A stretch of DNA of 32,000 bases from Promethearchaeota archaeon (GCA_016933055.1 JAFGBS010000004.1:60001-92000), one strand, 5' to 3'. Counted from the first letter of the stretch, positions 1-9,093 are shown. Made by a program: numbers and translations. The notes: generated by a model not told the origin, from the letters alone.

Positions 1-100
1 TAATCAATATGTATTTCGAATTCCTCAGGCTGAATTTGATTCTATCTATACTATTTTTCCTTATCCGACCTATTTCTACGTTAAATCGTTTCCCAAATAA
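1..100 (+). CDS. Probable 3' end of a CDS entering from the left edge (…NQYVFRIPQAEFDSIYTIFPYPTYFYVKSFPK*)
   Basis: Frame 2 is open from the window edge to TAA at 98-100 with protein-like composition; too short to assign a product. Confidence 0.4.
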   Translation, partial: NQYVFRIPQAEFDSIYTIFPYPTYFYVKSFPK

Positions 101-240
101 GGTATTAATAGGATACCCATGAGTATACTCATAATGGAATTTCATGGGTTATAGGTGCACCTACGCCAAAAGAACCTATTTGAATTGTTTCGCAAATAGG
201 TTTTTAGCGAAGCTCGTACGGATTAGGACCTTAGCTACAA
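101..240. repeat. Cluster of nested palindromes/inverted repeats between convergent genes
   Basis: Perfect palindromes ATGAGTATACTCAT (119-132) and TAGGTGCACCTA (152-163); inverted repeats ACCCATGA/TCATGGGT (115-122/142-149) and AACCTATTTG/CAAATAGGTT (173-182/193-202). Confidence 0.6.
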
Positions 241-288
241 GATTGATTAATTAAAAACAAAAAAAAGAAGGAGCCTTGCGAGTAATAT

Positions 289-1461
289 TTATTTTCCAGC
301 ATCCAAATCAGGCTTGTATGTTAAACCCTTCCATTCAGTCGTTTTCTTAAACAATATTTCCAAAGTAGAGAAAATCATCGTTAAAATGAACACAACTTCG
401 AGAATTGGAAGAAACAAATAGGTAATATAATAATGACGTCCTTTTTTATTCCAATAATGAGCAAAAACTAGTAGATGGAGAATATAGATCCCCCCAGTTA
501 TCAAAATAAACAAAGATGTATGATAGTGGATGGATAGTAAAATCGCAAATGGCGTGAATATGCCCCATAACACAAACAATGTTGAAATAAGTATCTTTTT
601 TGGCGATGTGATTCTTGTACCCGCATAAAGAACTTTCTTAATTCCCGTCCAGCAGTGTTTAATAGATTCTGGATACATTCTCGAGGATACTAATTCATGA
701 TTTTCTAAATAATATAAACTTCCCAATTTAGTTTTTATAACTCTGGCAAATGCATAATCTTCAACTATACTGCCTTTTATGCTCTCATGTCCTCCACTTT
801 CTTCATAAGCTTGACGAGTGAATAACATGTATTGTCCAGAAGCTAAGAAACTTCCTTGATTTTTACGATTGTTTACGTTTTTTGATCCCCCTGACGCTAC
901 ATGAGACATGAAATAGTAGACTGGAACGATGGATTCCCAGTACTTTGACATTTTTTGATAAGGTAGAAGAGTTAATAGTCCTGCATTTGTCTCTTTACTG
1001 ATGCAGACTAATTTCCTTAAAGACTCAGGTTTGTGTTCTGTATCAGCATCTGTGAACAATAACAATTCACCTTTTGCTGCTTGATATCCAAGATGACAAG
1101 CCCAACTTTTCCCAACCCAGCCTTCTGGTAATCTTTCACTAATTTTAATGCAGTCTGGGTCAAGATATTGACTAGCAACATCAACAGTAGAATCTTTAGA
1201 TCCACCATCCACTAACACAATTTCATAATTCGGATAATCCAACGATTTTAGCGATTTTAAGCACTTACCAATGTTTTTTTCTTCATTATATGCTGGAATT
1301 ATAATACTTACGAATGGTAAATCGTATCGTGAACTCTTAAAATCAAATCCATTAGAATCATATCCAAAGGTTATCCCCCCATAATAAAATAAAATTATTA
1401 TCTCGATGGAGAAATATATTGTAGCAAGAACATTTAGGATTGTTATATCCACATAGCTCAC
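289..1461 (-). CDS. Membrane-associated family 2 glycosyltransferase (CrtQ/CruC/HpnB-like)
   Basis: VSIIIPAYNEE, VLVDGGSKD, WVGKSWAC, LLFTDAD (DxD), SGQYMLF, VEDYAFAR motifs; N-terminal and C-terminal transmembrane segments; GTG start. Confidence 0.85.
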   Translation of the reverse strand: MSYVDITILNVLATIYFSIEIIILFYYGGITFGYDSNGFDFKSSRYDLPFVSIIIPAYNEEKNIGKCLKSLKSLDYPNYEIVLVDGGSKDSTVDVASQYLDPDCIKISERLPEGWVGKSWACHLGYQAAKGELLLFTDADTEHKPESLRKLVCISKETNAGLLTLLPYQKMSKYWESIVPVYYFMSHVASGGSKNVNNRKNQGSFLASGQYMLFTRQAYEESGGHESIKGSIVEDYAFARVIKTKLGSLYYLENHELVSSRMYPESIKHCWTGIKKVLYAGTRITSPKKILISTLFVLWGIFTPFAILLSIHYHTSLFILITGGIYILHLLVFAHYWNKKGRHYYITYLFLPILEVVFILTMIFSTLEILFKKTTEWKGLTYKPDLDAGK

Positions 1462-1558
1462 CCAATTCTACGAATTAGATTGGAAATCATAAGATTTCCT
1501 TTTTTTTTAATATCCGACACTGCCAGTGTTGCGAACAATTTATTAAAAGATAAATCTA

Positions 1559-1566
1559 TTTATATA
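1559..1566 (+). promoter_or_regulatory. Candidate TATA box (TTTATATA) in the divergent GT2 / acyltransferase intergenic region
   Basis: Archaeal TATA consensus match about 75 nt upstream of the GTG at 1641; direction not established. Confidence 0.35.
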
Positions 1567-1640
1567 ACTATTGATTTGAATTTGTTATATGCTAGGAACT
1601 GTCAATTGAAAGTTAATCTTATTTAAACAATCCTTTAAAA

Positions 1641-2471
1641 GTGAAATTCATGGGAACTCAAAAAAACTACACTATAAGAAAATTCTCACCAACTCGCAGA
1701 ATAATGACTGATTATTACGAAATTGCAGGTGAAAATCATCGTGTTATGGGATTAGTGGAGCTAGATATTTCGAAAGGACGAAAACGAATCCGTGAACTCA
1801 AAGAAGCGGGAAATAAAGTTAGCTTAACAAGTTGGGTAGCTAAGTGCGTCGGGAAAGCTGTGTCTGAGGATAAAAGATTTAATACTTTTCATAAAGGTAA
1901 TCACAAAATAATAACTTTTAACGAAGTGGATATGAGTGTGATGGTTGAGATCCCTAAAAAAGATGGAGGAAAAGTGCCATTCAACCACTGTGTTCGAAAT
2001 ATCGATAAGAAATCCATTTTAGAAATTAACAATGACATAAGAAAAATACAGGAGAAGAAGATTGAAGAGACTGAACAATTATCAAGGGATTCTTCCGCAA
2101 AATATACAGGACTTTACATGCTGATTCCCACTTTTATTAGGAGAATAGCTATGCGTCAAATGTTACGCAATCCTTTTTATGTAAAAAAGATCATGGGCAC
2201 TGTTGGCATATCTACTATCGGAGAAACATTTAAAGGAAACACAGGATGGGCTGTAGGCTTTGGAGATAAAACATTAAATGTTATTTTAGGTGGTATTGTT
2301 AAGAGAGTAGTCGAGACTGAAAATGGTATTGAAGGACGTGAATTTTATTGTATGACCTTTCTATTTGATCATTCATTAGTAGATGGAGCGCCTTGTGCAG
2401 CATTTGTAGCTCGAGTCGCGGAACTACTGAAGGAAGCATACGGTCTGAAAGATATTAATGCAAAAGATTGA
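1641..2471 (+). CDS. Stand-alone 2-oxoacid dehydrogenase E2-type acyltransferase catalytic domain
   Basis: GTVGISTIG, LNVILGGI and MTFLFDHSLVDG (DHxxxDG catalytic motif); no lipoyl or E3-binding domain in 276 aa. Confidence 0.8.
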   Translation: MKFMGTQKNYTIRKFSPTRRIMTDYYEIAGENHRVMGLVELDISKGRKRIRELKEAGNKVSLTSWVAKCVGKAVSEDKRFNTFHKGNHKIITFNEVDMSVMVEIPKKDGGKVPFNHCVRNIDKKSILEINNDIRKIQEKKIEETEQLSRDSSAKYTGLYMLIPTFIRRIAMRQMLRNPFYVKKIMGTVGISTIGETFKGNTGWAVGFGDKTLNVILGGIVKRVVETENGIEGREFYCMTFLFDHSLVDGAPCAAFVARVAELLKEAYGLKDINAKD

Positions 2472-2508
2472 GAATTTTACTTTCCATTCACAAATAAACG
2501 GTTAAAAT

Positions 2509-3363
2509 ATGAAATCCTGTAAACTTCCAAATGGGGAAACATGCTATTATATCGATAAACTTTCTGCTTTGAAATCATATGAAGAGATATTTAATGCATG
2601 TATTTATGAAAACCATGGATTAGGCGTAAAAGATGGAGATCTTGTATTTGATGTAGGTGCAAATATTGGTATGTTTACTCGATTTATTTCAAAAAAAGCA
2701 AAAGATCTAACAATTTACACATTTGAACCAATTCCAGCAATTTTCAAAGTTCAAGAAAAAAATCTCGAACTGATAAAGAGAACACATAAGTTTCAGCTAT
2801 TCAATATAGGATTAGGAAATAAAGAAGAAAATATTGAAATCAATTATTATCCCAGAGCTATAACTCTTTCTGCAATCATTCCTATAGATTTAAAATTGGC
2901 ACTGAAAAACTCCCTTGAAAATTGGGATCAAATAATTGAAATTGTATCGTTCGCGCGATTCATACCAAAATTCCTAAGAAAACCATTCACGAAATTAGCA
3001 CACAAGTATATGTTCAAAAAAAAAAGAGTTCCCATTAAAGTTCGACCACTTTCAGATATTATTAAAGAAACCAAAGTAAATTCTATTGATTTTCTTAAAA
3101 TGGATGCTGAAAATTACGAATGGCAAATATTGCAGGGCATATCTGACTCTGACTGGAAATTGATTAAACAAATTGCCATGGAAGTACACACAAATATTGC
3201 GGGGGGAAATAACCTATTACAAAAAATTACTAATCTATTGCTTAGTAAAGATTTTACCGTATATCATGACAGAATAGGACAATCTTTCGCTACGGGTGTG
3301 TATATGCTCTTTGCAAAGAAAAACAACCTGTTTAAATCTCCACTAAACAATGTATACGCTTAA
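2509..3363 (+). CDS. FkbM-family SAM-dependent methyltransferase
   Basis: VFDVGANIGMF SAM motif, IYTFEP, IDFLKMDAENYE (KxDxEG-like) motif. Confidence 0.85.
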   Translation: MKSCKLPNGETCYYIDKLSALKSYEEIFNACIYENHGLGVKDGDLVFDVGANIGMFTRFISKKAKDLTIYTFEPIPAIFKVQEKNLELIKRTHKFQLFNIGLGNKEENIEINYYPRAITLSAIIPIDLKLALKNSLENWDQIIEIVSFARFIPKFLRKPFTKLAHKYMFKKKRVPIKVRPLSDIIKETKVNSIDFLKMDAENYEWQILQGISDSDWKLIKQIAMEVHTNIAGGNNLLQKITNLLLSKDFTVYHDRIGQSFATGVYMLFAKKNNLFKSPLNNVYA

Positions 3364-3604
3364 ATTTGAAGTCTTTTTGAAAACAATTGACATCATACTA
3401 TGTTTCGAGGACCGCCTTATTCTACATCTGATCGGGTGCAAAAATGCGTGATTTATTCTGGTTTATACGTTCCACATAAAAGAACAATGGTTTTAAGTTA
3501 AAGGGCTGACATTTACAATAATTCGGCATCGAAAACGGAGAAATTTGTACCTCAATCCTTTGCAAACAGAATCTATTCATTTCCATTAATAGTCAAAAAT
3601 CTTC

Positions 3605-3865
3605 TTACCCCGTTAATACATCTTTGTACGACACTTTTAAACCGACAAAAATTACTTGTGATAGAGGGTAAAATGTAATAAATCTGTTAGGACCTGATGA
3701 GTTAAATGAGGAGACAGAAGTTTTCAACTTAGAAATCATCATCGAAATTTCTGTCATTATTGAAGGAGTTCTGCATTTCGAAAAGGTTCCTACTCCGGTG
3801 TGCTTGGATTTCACAAATTCCGATTCCAAAGCTCCTGCATAAACTATTTTCTTCATAAAACACAC
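3605..3865 (-). CDS. Possible small hypothetical protein (82-86 aa)
   Basis: ORF in otherwise non-coding space with purine-rich GGAAGGGTG just upstream of the ATG; no recognisable domain. Confidence 0.25.
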   Translation of the reverse strand: MCFMKKIVYAGALESEFVKSKHTGVGTFSKCRTPSIMTEISMMISKLKTSVSSFNSSGPNRFITFYPLSQVIFVGLKVSYKDVLTG

Positions 3866-4165
3866 CCTTCCTGCCCAATTAAATGAGTCGGTAAACGTTT
3901 AAACGTAATACTATCGTAAAACTTAACCAAACGCCAAAGGTAGAGGTTTTCCAAGTATCTACCTATTCTTGTATAGGGTGGCAATCACTCCTTAGGCACA
4001 GACCTACACTGTTGTTTGTAGGATAACGGAGTAGGCTTGTAGCGCAGTGGATGAACGAACGTTCTAAAAATCATACGGGATATCACAAGTATAGGATCGA
4101 ATATGATTACAAAATTTATTCCTTAAGAAAAGGAAAAACCTAGGGAAAATGTAACAGAGGAACTT

Positions 4166-5203
4166 TTAAAAAATATATATCCATCTGCGATTGGATAAAT
4201 TACCATTTTCGATATCTTTGATTAACAAGCCTACATTATATTTCCAGTATTCATTCCTTTGAATATAATTATCAACATTCCCGGATAAATTTTGGATAGA
4301 ACTAATTGAACCATTTAAAAGCTCTCGTGCATCTTTTAACAAAGCTTTGCATTCTTCGACACTCCCTGAATCAAAAGAAAGTTTAGATTTTACTAATTTA
4401 TCATATGCCTTATAATATTGGTCCGTTAATTTATGATGAAAATCAATATTCTCTTTGTCTTTTATGAATAGAATATGCCAGTATATGATCCATCCAACAA
4501 AAAGTACGATCCCTATCGAGCAAAAAACATCAGTAAACCACGCTTTCGATAATCCAATTTCAATAAAACCAATAATGAGTACCATTAGAGCTGACAATAT
4601 GCTCATGATCCATTTAAACACAGAAGATCGATTTCCAAATAAAACGGGGAATATAATAACAACACCTGATATAGTCAAATTTCTATTAGGAAAACTCCTA
4701 TCCCAAAAATTGATTGATGAAGTTCCAATTTGATAAAAAGGTTGAATTGTTGAATAATCCCCTAACGGAGGCTCTCTATTCATAAAAATTTGCAAAATTA
4801 GGTGAATGATAAAACTTAGACTTAAAACCAACAGATATAAAGTCGCATACCGTGCAACGGGTTCGATTTTTTGTTTATTTTTAGAGGATAAAAAGATAAT
4901 CAGAATAATTAGACATATCAATCCAATACTTAGAAATAGAAAATAAGTATATTGAAGGGTAGATCCTATCGTCTGAATGAACGGAATCGAATTATATAAT
5001 AAATACAGTGAGTTTGAAACGTTTTTATCCAGACTCCCATTATTGAATGCTCCAGTAAAAAAAATAACCAAAGTAAAAATCAAACTACTAATCCATAGAA
5101 AATATTCTCTTTTATTTTCGATTTTTTGTTCGTTCACATACTCTAGTTCCTTGAGTATAAATGCAGTGAATCGAGAATGATCAAATTTTTGCACTATATT
5201 CAA
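4166..5203 (-). CDS. PAP2-superfamily-like multi-pass membrane protein with degenerate catalytic motifs
   Basis: About 6 TM segments; motif remnants QIFMNREPP, RSFPNRN and IEIGLSKAWFTDV are spaced like the PAP2 KxxxxxxRP / PSGH / SRxxxxxHxxxD motifs; soluble helical C-terminal tail. Confidence 0.6.
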   Translation of the reverse strand: MNIVQKFDHSRFTAFILKELEYVNEQKIENKREYFLWISSLIFTLVIFFTGAFNNGSLDKNVSNSLYLLYNSIPFIQTIGSTLQYTYFLFLSIGLICLIILIIFLSSKNKQKIEPVARYATLYLLVLSLSFIIHLILQIFMNREPPLGDYSTIQPFYQIGTSSINFWDRSFPNRNLTISGVVIIFPVLFGNRSSVFKWIMSILSALMVLIIGFIEIGLSKAWFTDVFCSIGIVLFVGWIIYWHILFIKDKENIDFHHKLTDQYYKAYDKLVKSKLSFDSGSVEECKALLKDARELLNGSISSIQNLSGNVDNYIQRNEYWKYNVGLLIKDIENGNLSNRRWIYIF

Positions 5204-5212
5204 CCTAGATGA

Positions 5213-5638
5213 TTATGATGTGTTAATTTTTTTAAGAATTTCGCTTAATTCTTCTTTAGATCTTTCTTTTTTTTCTATTCTCAAGGGGAAAGCCTTGTCA
5301 TTTTTCCAGCGAGGTATCACATGAAAATGCAAATGATTGATCTCTTGACCTGCAGCCTTGTAATTATTTTGCATGATATTTATTCCATCTGCCTCCAATT
5401 TTGTTTTTAACTTGATTGCAACTTTTTTAACCGCACTTAGACATTCTTGCATCTTCTCTTCAGGAAATTCCAATAAACTTATGTAATGATTTTTGGGCAC
5501 TACAATAGAATGTCCTTTCGTAAAAGGAGATATGTCTAAAAACGCAAGAGAATTCTCATCTTCGTACACTTTCAATGAAGGTATTTCTCCTGATATGATC
5601 TTACAAAATAGACAGTTTTTTTCTTCCATATCAACCAC
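5213..5638 (-). CDS. hit: HIT family nucleotide hydrolase (Hint-like)
   Basis: CLFCKII N-terminus, FLDISP, GHSIVVPK, AGQEINHLHFHVIPR with intact HxHxH triad. Confidence 0.93.
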   Translation of the reverse strand: MVDMEEKNCLFCKIISGEIPSLKVYEDENSLAFLDISPFTKGHSIVVPKNHYISLLEFPEEKMQECLSAVKKVAIKLKTKLEADGINIMQNNYKAAGQEINHLHFHVIPRWKNDKAFPLRIEKKERSKEELSEILKKINTS

Positions 5639-5904
5639 ATTCCTAGTTGGTTAAGGATGCATAAAAGATGTTTTATATATATTCATGAGTCCAGAAATAT
5701 TCTTTTAGAGATGAGTTGTTAACCGAATCAATATAAATCTAGAGGGCAAAAAAAGAAAGTAAAACAGAAAAAGCGCTAACGAATTCATGATATCAATTTT
5801 TCGGAACTCCAAAAGCAAAAAACAACTCTATTTTTTCCTACTCTCTATTTTTAAAAATTACAATGTTTATTTTTCGATTATAAAGGATTAGGACCGTTCA
5901 TTCG

Positions 5905-6711
5905 ATGTTATTAAATCAATTAACCGATTACTTCAACAAAATCGTAAAAAATTTTAATTTTGTCCATTCAAACGAATTTTTATTCCAAATAGGCCCCTTA
6001 AAAAAATATTACACTGAAAAAGTGATTAAGAAAGTTTTAATAACTCAATACCTTACCACGGAAACAATTCGTAATGCAATAAAGAAAAATTGCAACTTGA
6101 TTTTATGTCGATTTGGTTTTGATATCCATCACCCCTTCCAAATTGATGAAATAGCTCAAAAAGATCTCTTCCTATTGTTGCACAACAGATTAATGGTTTG
6201 CCTTATTCCTGATTGTTTTGATTATCTCCCATATGGGCCTATCCCTTATCTAGCAAATATTATATCCTTGAACTTTTCTCGGTTTTTGATTGACAGGACC
6301 TCCTCACTACTGGGGGCAATCTACCAAACTTCTAAAGAAGCCCCTTTAACTCCAATCATTGATAAATTACATCGAAATTTAAATCTAAACCACGTTCAAG
6401 TGTTTATAAATAAACATTCGTGGGTTAAGACATTCTTGATTTGTGATATGAATTTTCCTCCTCCTAATTTGGTTTCTTGTGCTAAATATAACAATTGTGA
6501 TTGCATAATAAGTGCAATTACGACTCCGCACATCTTACATCATCTCCAATTGTACGAAATTTCATTTCTACATATCTCCTTTCACTGCCTTATTGAATCT
6601 TCTTTGCATAAATTTTGTAATAATTTATCATTGGAATTTCCAAGAATTGAGTTTGAGTTTTATCCTACCAAGAATCCCTTATCATTTATTCATCGGAAAC
6701 AAAATCATTAA
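5905..6711 (+). CDS. Nif3/YbgI-like protein (divergent)
   Basis: VIKKVLITQYLTTETIRNAIKKNCNLIL matches the Nif3 N-terminal pattern; C-terminal HxxxE (FHCLIE); length typical of short Nif3 proteins. Confidence 0.6.
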   Translation: MLLNQLTDYFNKIVKNFNFVHSNEFLFQIGPLKKYYTEKVIKKVLITQYLTTETIRNAIKKNCNLILCRFGFDIHHPFQIDEIAQKDLFLLLHNRLMVCLIPDCFDYLPYGPIPYLANIISLNFSRFLIDRTSSLLGAIYQTSKEAPLTPIIDKLHRNLNLNHVQVFINKHSWVKTFLICDMNFPPPNLVSCAKYNNCDCIISAITTPHILHHLQLYEISFLHISFHCLIESSLHKFCNNLSLEFPRIEFEFYPTKNPLSFIHRKQNH

Positions 6712-6762
6712 GGCATTCTTGGTATACACTATTTTATAATTCATTAAAGAGAGAAGAAGAGC

Positions 6763-7353
6763 ATGACATTATTAGAGTATCGAAGTAAAAGTCCAACCAT
6801 TGCAGAAGGTGCTTTAGTTAGCCCAAATGCGACATTAATAGGGGATGTTCGAGTAGGAAAGAATTCAGTTGTCTGGCCGGGTTCAGTTTTACGTGCAGAA
6901 TATGCACCTATCATCATTGGGGAATATTGCACAATCTTTGATGGGGCGGTGTTATTTACCCGATCTGAAAAATCTCCGATTACTACAGGGAATTATAGCA
7001 TAATCGAAACAGGCGCAACTATACTAGGATGTTATTTTGAGGATTTTGTATTAGTTTCTCAGAATTGTCTGATTCATGAAAGGGCTTCCATTGGAGAAGG
7101 GGTTATTCTACTCAGTGATAGCGTTGTACCGCCTGGATTTATGGTAGAATCCCGTTCTATTCTAAAAGGTGATCCTGTCCAAAAAATCCGAGAACAAACG
7201 CGGAATGATGTGATTAAACATAAAGAGCGCGCAGAACATTTCTCTGAGTTATTTATGAAAATTCAACATCAATTACCTAACGCACAGTCATACATGCTAA
7301 CCTTAACTGATTTTATGAAGATATTACTCGATAAAGTATCTCTAAGTGAATAA
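6763..7353 (+). CDS. Gamma-carbonic-anhydrase-like left-handed beta-helix protein
   Basis: Hexapeptide repeats: ALVSPNATLIGDVRVGKNSVVWPGSVLRAE…IIIGEYCTIFDGAVL; C-terminal helix; zinc His ligands are absent. Confidence 0.8.
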   Translation: MTLLEYRSKSPTIAEGALVSPNATLIGDVRVGKNSVVWPGSVLRAEYAPIIIGEYCTIFDGAVLFTRSEKSPITTGNYSIIETGATILGCYFEDFVLVSQNCLIHERASIGEGVILLSDSVVPPGFMVESRSILKGDPVQKIREQTRNDVIKHKERAEHFSELFMKIQHQLPNAQSYMLTLTDFMKILLDKVSLSE

Positions 7354-7698
7354 TATAACATGTAGATATTCATCAGATTAAAAACGAATGGTGGACAAAT
7401 TGTATAGAAATGTTTATATGCATAAAACCACTGCTGTATGATGAGTTAACGATCAAACCGGCAGAAAAGATCATTCTGGGCATACTTTACTAACGTAAAG
7501 GCTTCTGGTATACATTTCACAAAAAAACAAACAAAAAACCTACGTACTGATTACTCAATAGAAAATTTTAACGTAAATTCGAAAACTCCCGAGATAGTAT
7601 ATATCATAAATTTGTCCGCAAATAAAATCTAAAAAACATAAAAAATCGGTAGGGTCGTATTAAGAATTTCATAACATTAATTATCGTGATAATAAAAA

Positions 7699-8601
7699 AT
7701 GGAAGATATCAAGTCCAAATCCACAACTTTAGAAGTAAGAGATGGTCATCACCGATGTCCCGAGTGCAATAGTGATTTCATCATTTCTGATGCACATCGT
7801 GGTGAAACTATATGCAGTAATTGTGGTTTAGTAATCGATGATCATATTCCTGATATTGAACGAAATGATCGAAGAGCATTCACCCAAGAGGAAAAAGAAA
7901 AACGAGAACGAACGGGTTCTCCTATTTCTGTTTTACTACCTGATATGGGTCTATCAACTATCATTGATTCAAAAGCTAAAATGTCCCAACGAATGAAAAG
8001 GGTAATAAAATGGAATTCCCGTATGAGTTGGAATAAACGTAATTTATTGATTGCCACCACAGAGATAAAGAGAATCGGAAGTAACCTAAATTTACCTCTA
8101 CGTGTCAAAGAATTAGCAGCAAAAATTTACCGAAAAGCCTTCAATTTGAAATTATTACGAGGAAGATCAATAAAAGCTATGGTAGCTGCTTCTTTATATT
8201 ATGCGTGTAGGAAAGAAAAAATTCCCCGTACCTTACAAGAGTTAGTGGAACAAACTACTTGCACTCCCAAGGACATTCGTAGATGTTATCGTATTATTAT
8301 TCGAGAACTGGAGTTAAGAGTACCTGCAATGGATCCGGTAATGCTTATCCCCAAATATTCTGATGAATTAGGTTTATCATTGGAAGTAGAAAAAGCAGCA
8401 GTAGAATTGTTAAATAAATTCAGTAAGCATATGACCACAAGTGGGAAGGACCCCAAAGGATTAGTTGCAGCTGCGATCTATTTGGCATCTCAGACTTTAC
8501 ATGAAGCAAAGAGTCAGAGTAGGATTGCTCGAACTATTGGAGTAACCGAAGTAACTCTACGTTCAAGATATAAGGAATTTCTCTCTTTTATTAATATTTA
8601 A
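7699..8601 (+). CDS. tfb: Transcription initiation factor IIB (canonical TFB)
   Basis: Zn ribbon CPEC…CSNCGLV, B-reader ERTGSP, two cyclin repeats (GRSIKAMVAASLY; GKDPKGLVAAAIY), C-terminal HTH QSRIARTIGVTEVTLRSRY. Confidence 0.96.
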   Translation: MEDIKSKSTTLEVRDGHHRCPECNSDFIISDAHRGETICSNCGLVIDDHIPDIERNDRRAFTQEEKEKRERTGSPISVLLPDMGLSTIIDSKAKMSQRMKRVIKWNSRMSWNKRNLLIATTEIKRIGSNLNLPLRVKELAAKIYRKAFNLKLLRGRSIKAMVAASLYYACRKEKIPRTLQELVEQTTCTPKDIRRCYRIIIRELELRVPAMDPVMLIPKYSDELGLSLEVEKAAVELLNKFSKHMTTSGKDPKGLVAAAIYLASQTLHEAKSQSRIARTIGVTEVTLRSRYKEFLSFINI

Positions 8602-8664
8602 ACCCTTATTTTTTTCTTTATCCCTAAATTCTTATTTCATGAATCATACTAGTTAATATAATAA

Positions 8665-9093
8665 ATGCAAAATTCTAATCGAAAAAAAGCAAAAATTAAC
8701 AAGAATGGACTCTCTGTAGACTATTCCAGAGAGGAGATAGAACAATATCTCCCCAATCTTGCGGACGAGCTTCATAATAATCCAATAAACCCCATAGAAA
8801 TCTATGGTCCTAATACCGAGAAGAAAAAATTGAGAACGCGAGAAGAAATAGAAGAAATCACTCGTTCTCAATACGAGGAAAATTCAGAACTGTATTTTCC
8901 AAAAACTGAAGACTTTTTACGAAGATGTTCGTCTTTAGAAGAAGCAGAAGATATTATTGAGCATCAGCTAAAGATGAAAGAAATAACAGAATCTCAAGCT
9001 GAAGAATTACGGGAATTATGTAAAAAATACGGAGTACGATTTTTCGGTCCTAAAAAAGAATGGGGTTACTACGAGAAAACCTATCGAAAGTAG
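8665..9093 (+). CDS. DUF2095-family archaeal protein
   Basis: YLPNLADEL…FPKTEDFLRRC…EEAEDII…FFGPKKEWGYY matches the family pattern as recalled. Confidence 0.65.
   Translation: MQNSNRKKAKINKNGLSVDYSREEIEQYLPNLADELHNNPINPIEIYGPNTEKKKLRTREEIEEITRSQYEENSELYFPKTEDFLRRCSSLEEAEDIIEHQLKMKEITESQAEELRELCKKYGVRFFGPKKEWGYYEKTYRK

Noticed and set aside
3522-3842. Plus-strand frame with one internal TAA (…KITCDRG*NVINLLGPDELNEETEVF…), a possible pseudogene
   Set aside because: No start codon or recognisable family; it is simply the antisense frame of ORF 3605-3865.
4033-4105. Complete tRNA gene
   Set aside because: Only a D-loop-like string is present; D-stem, anticodon arm, T-stem and acceptor 3' strand do not pair. 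Kept only as part of the structured-region finding.
7435-7514. Possible C/D box sRNA upstream of tfb (ATGATGA at 7438-7444, terminal TGTA/TACA stem)
   Set aside because: The D box reads CTGG rather than CTGA and no convincing C'/D' pair or guide target could be identified.
1017-8871. Short ORFs 1017-1208, 4455-4733, 4977-5180, 6512-6739, 6744-6932, 7842-8108, 8653-8871
   Set aside because: Each lies inside or antisense to a longer gene with recognisable motifs and has no domain signal; treated as shadow ORFs.
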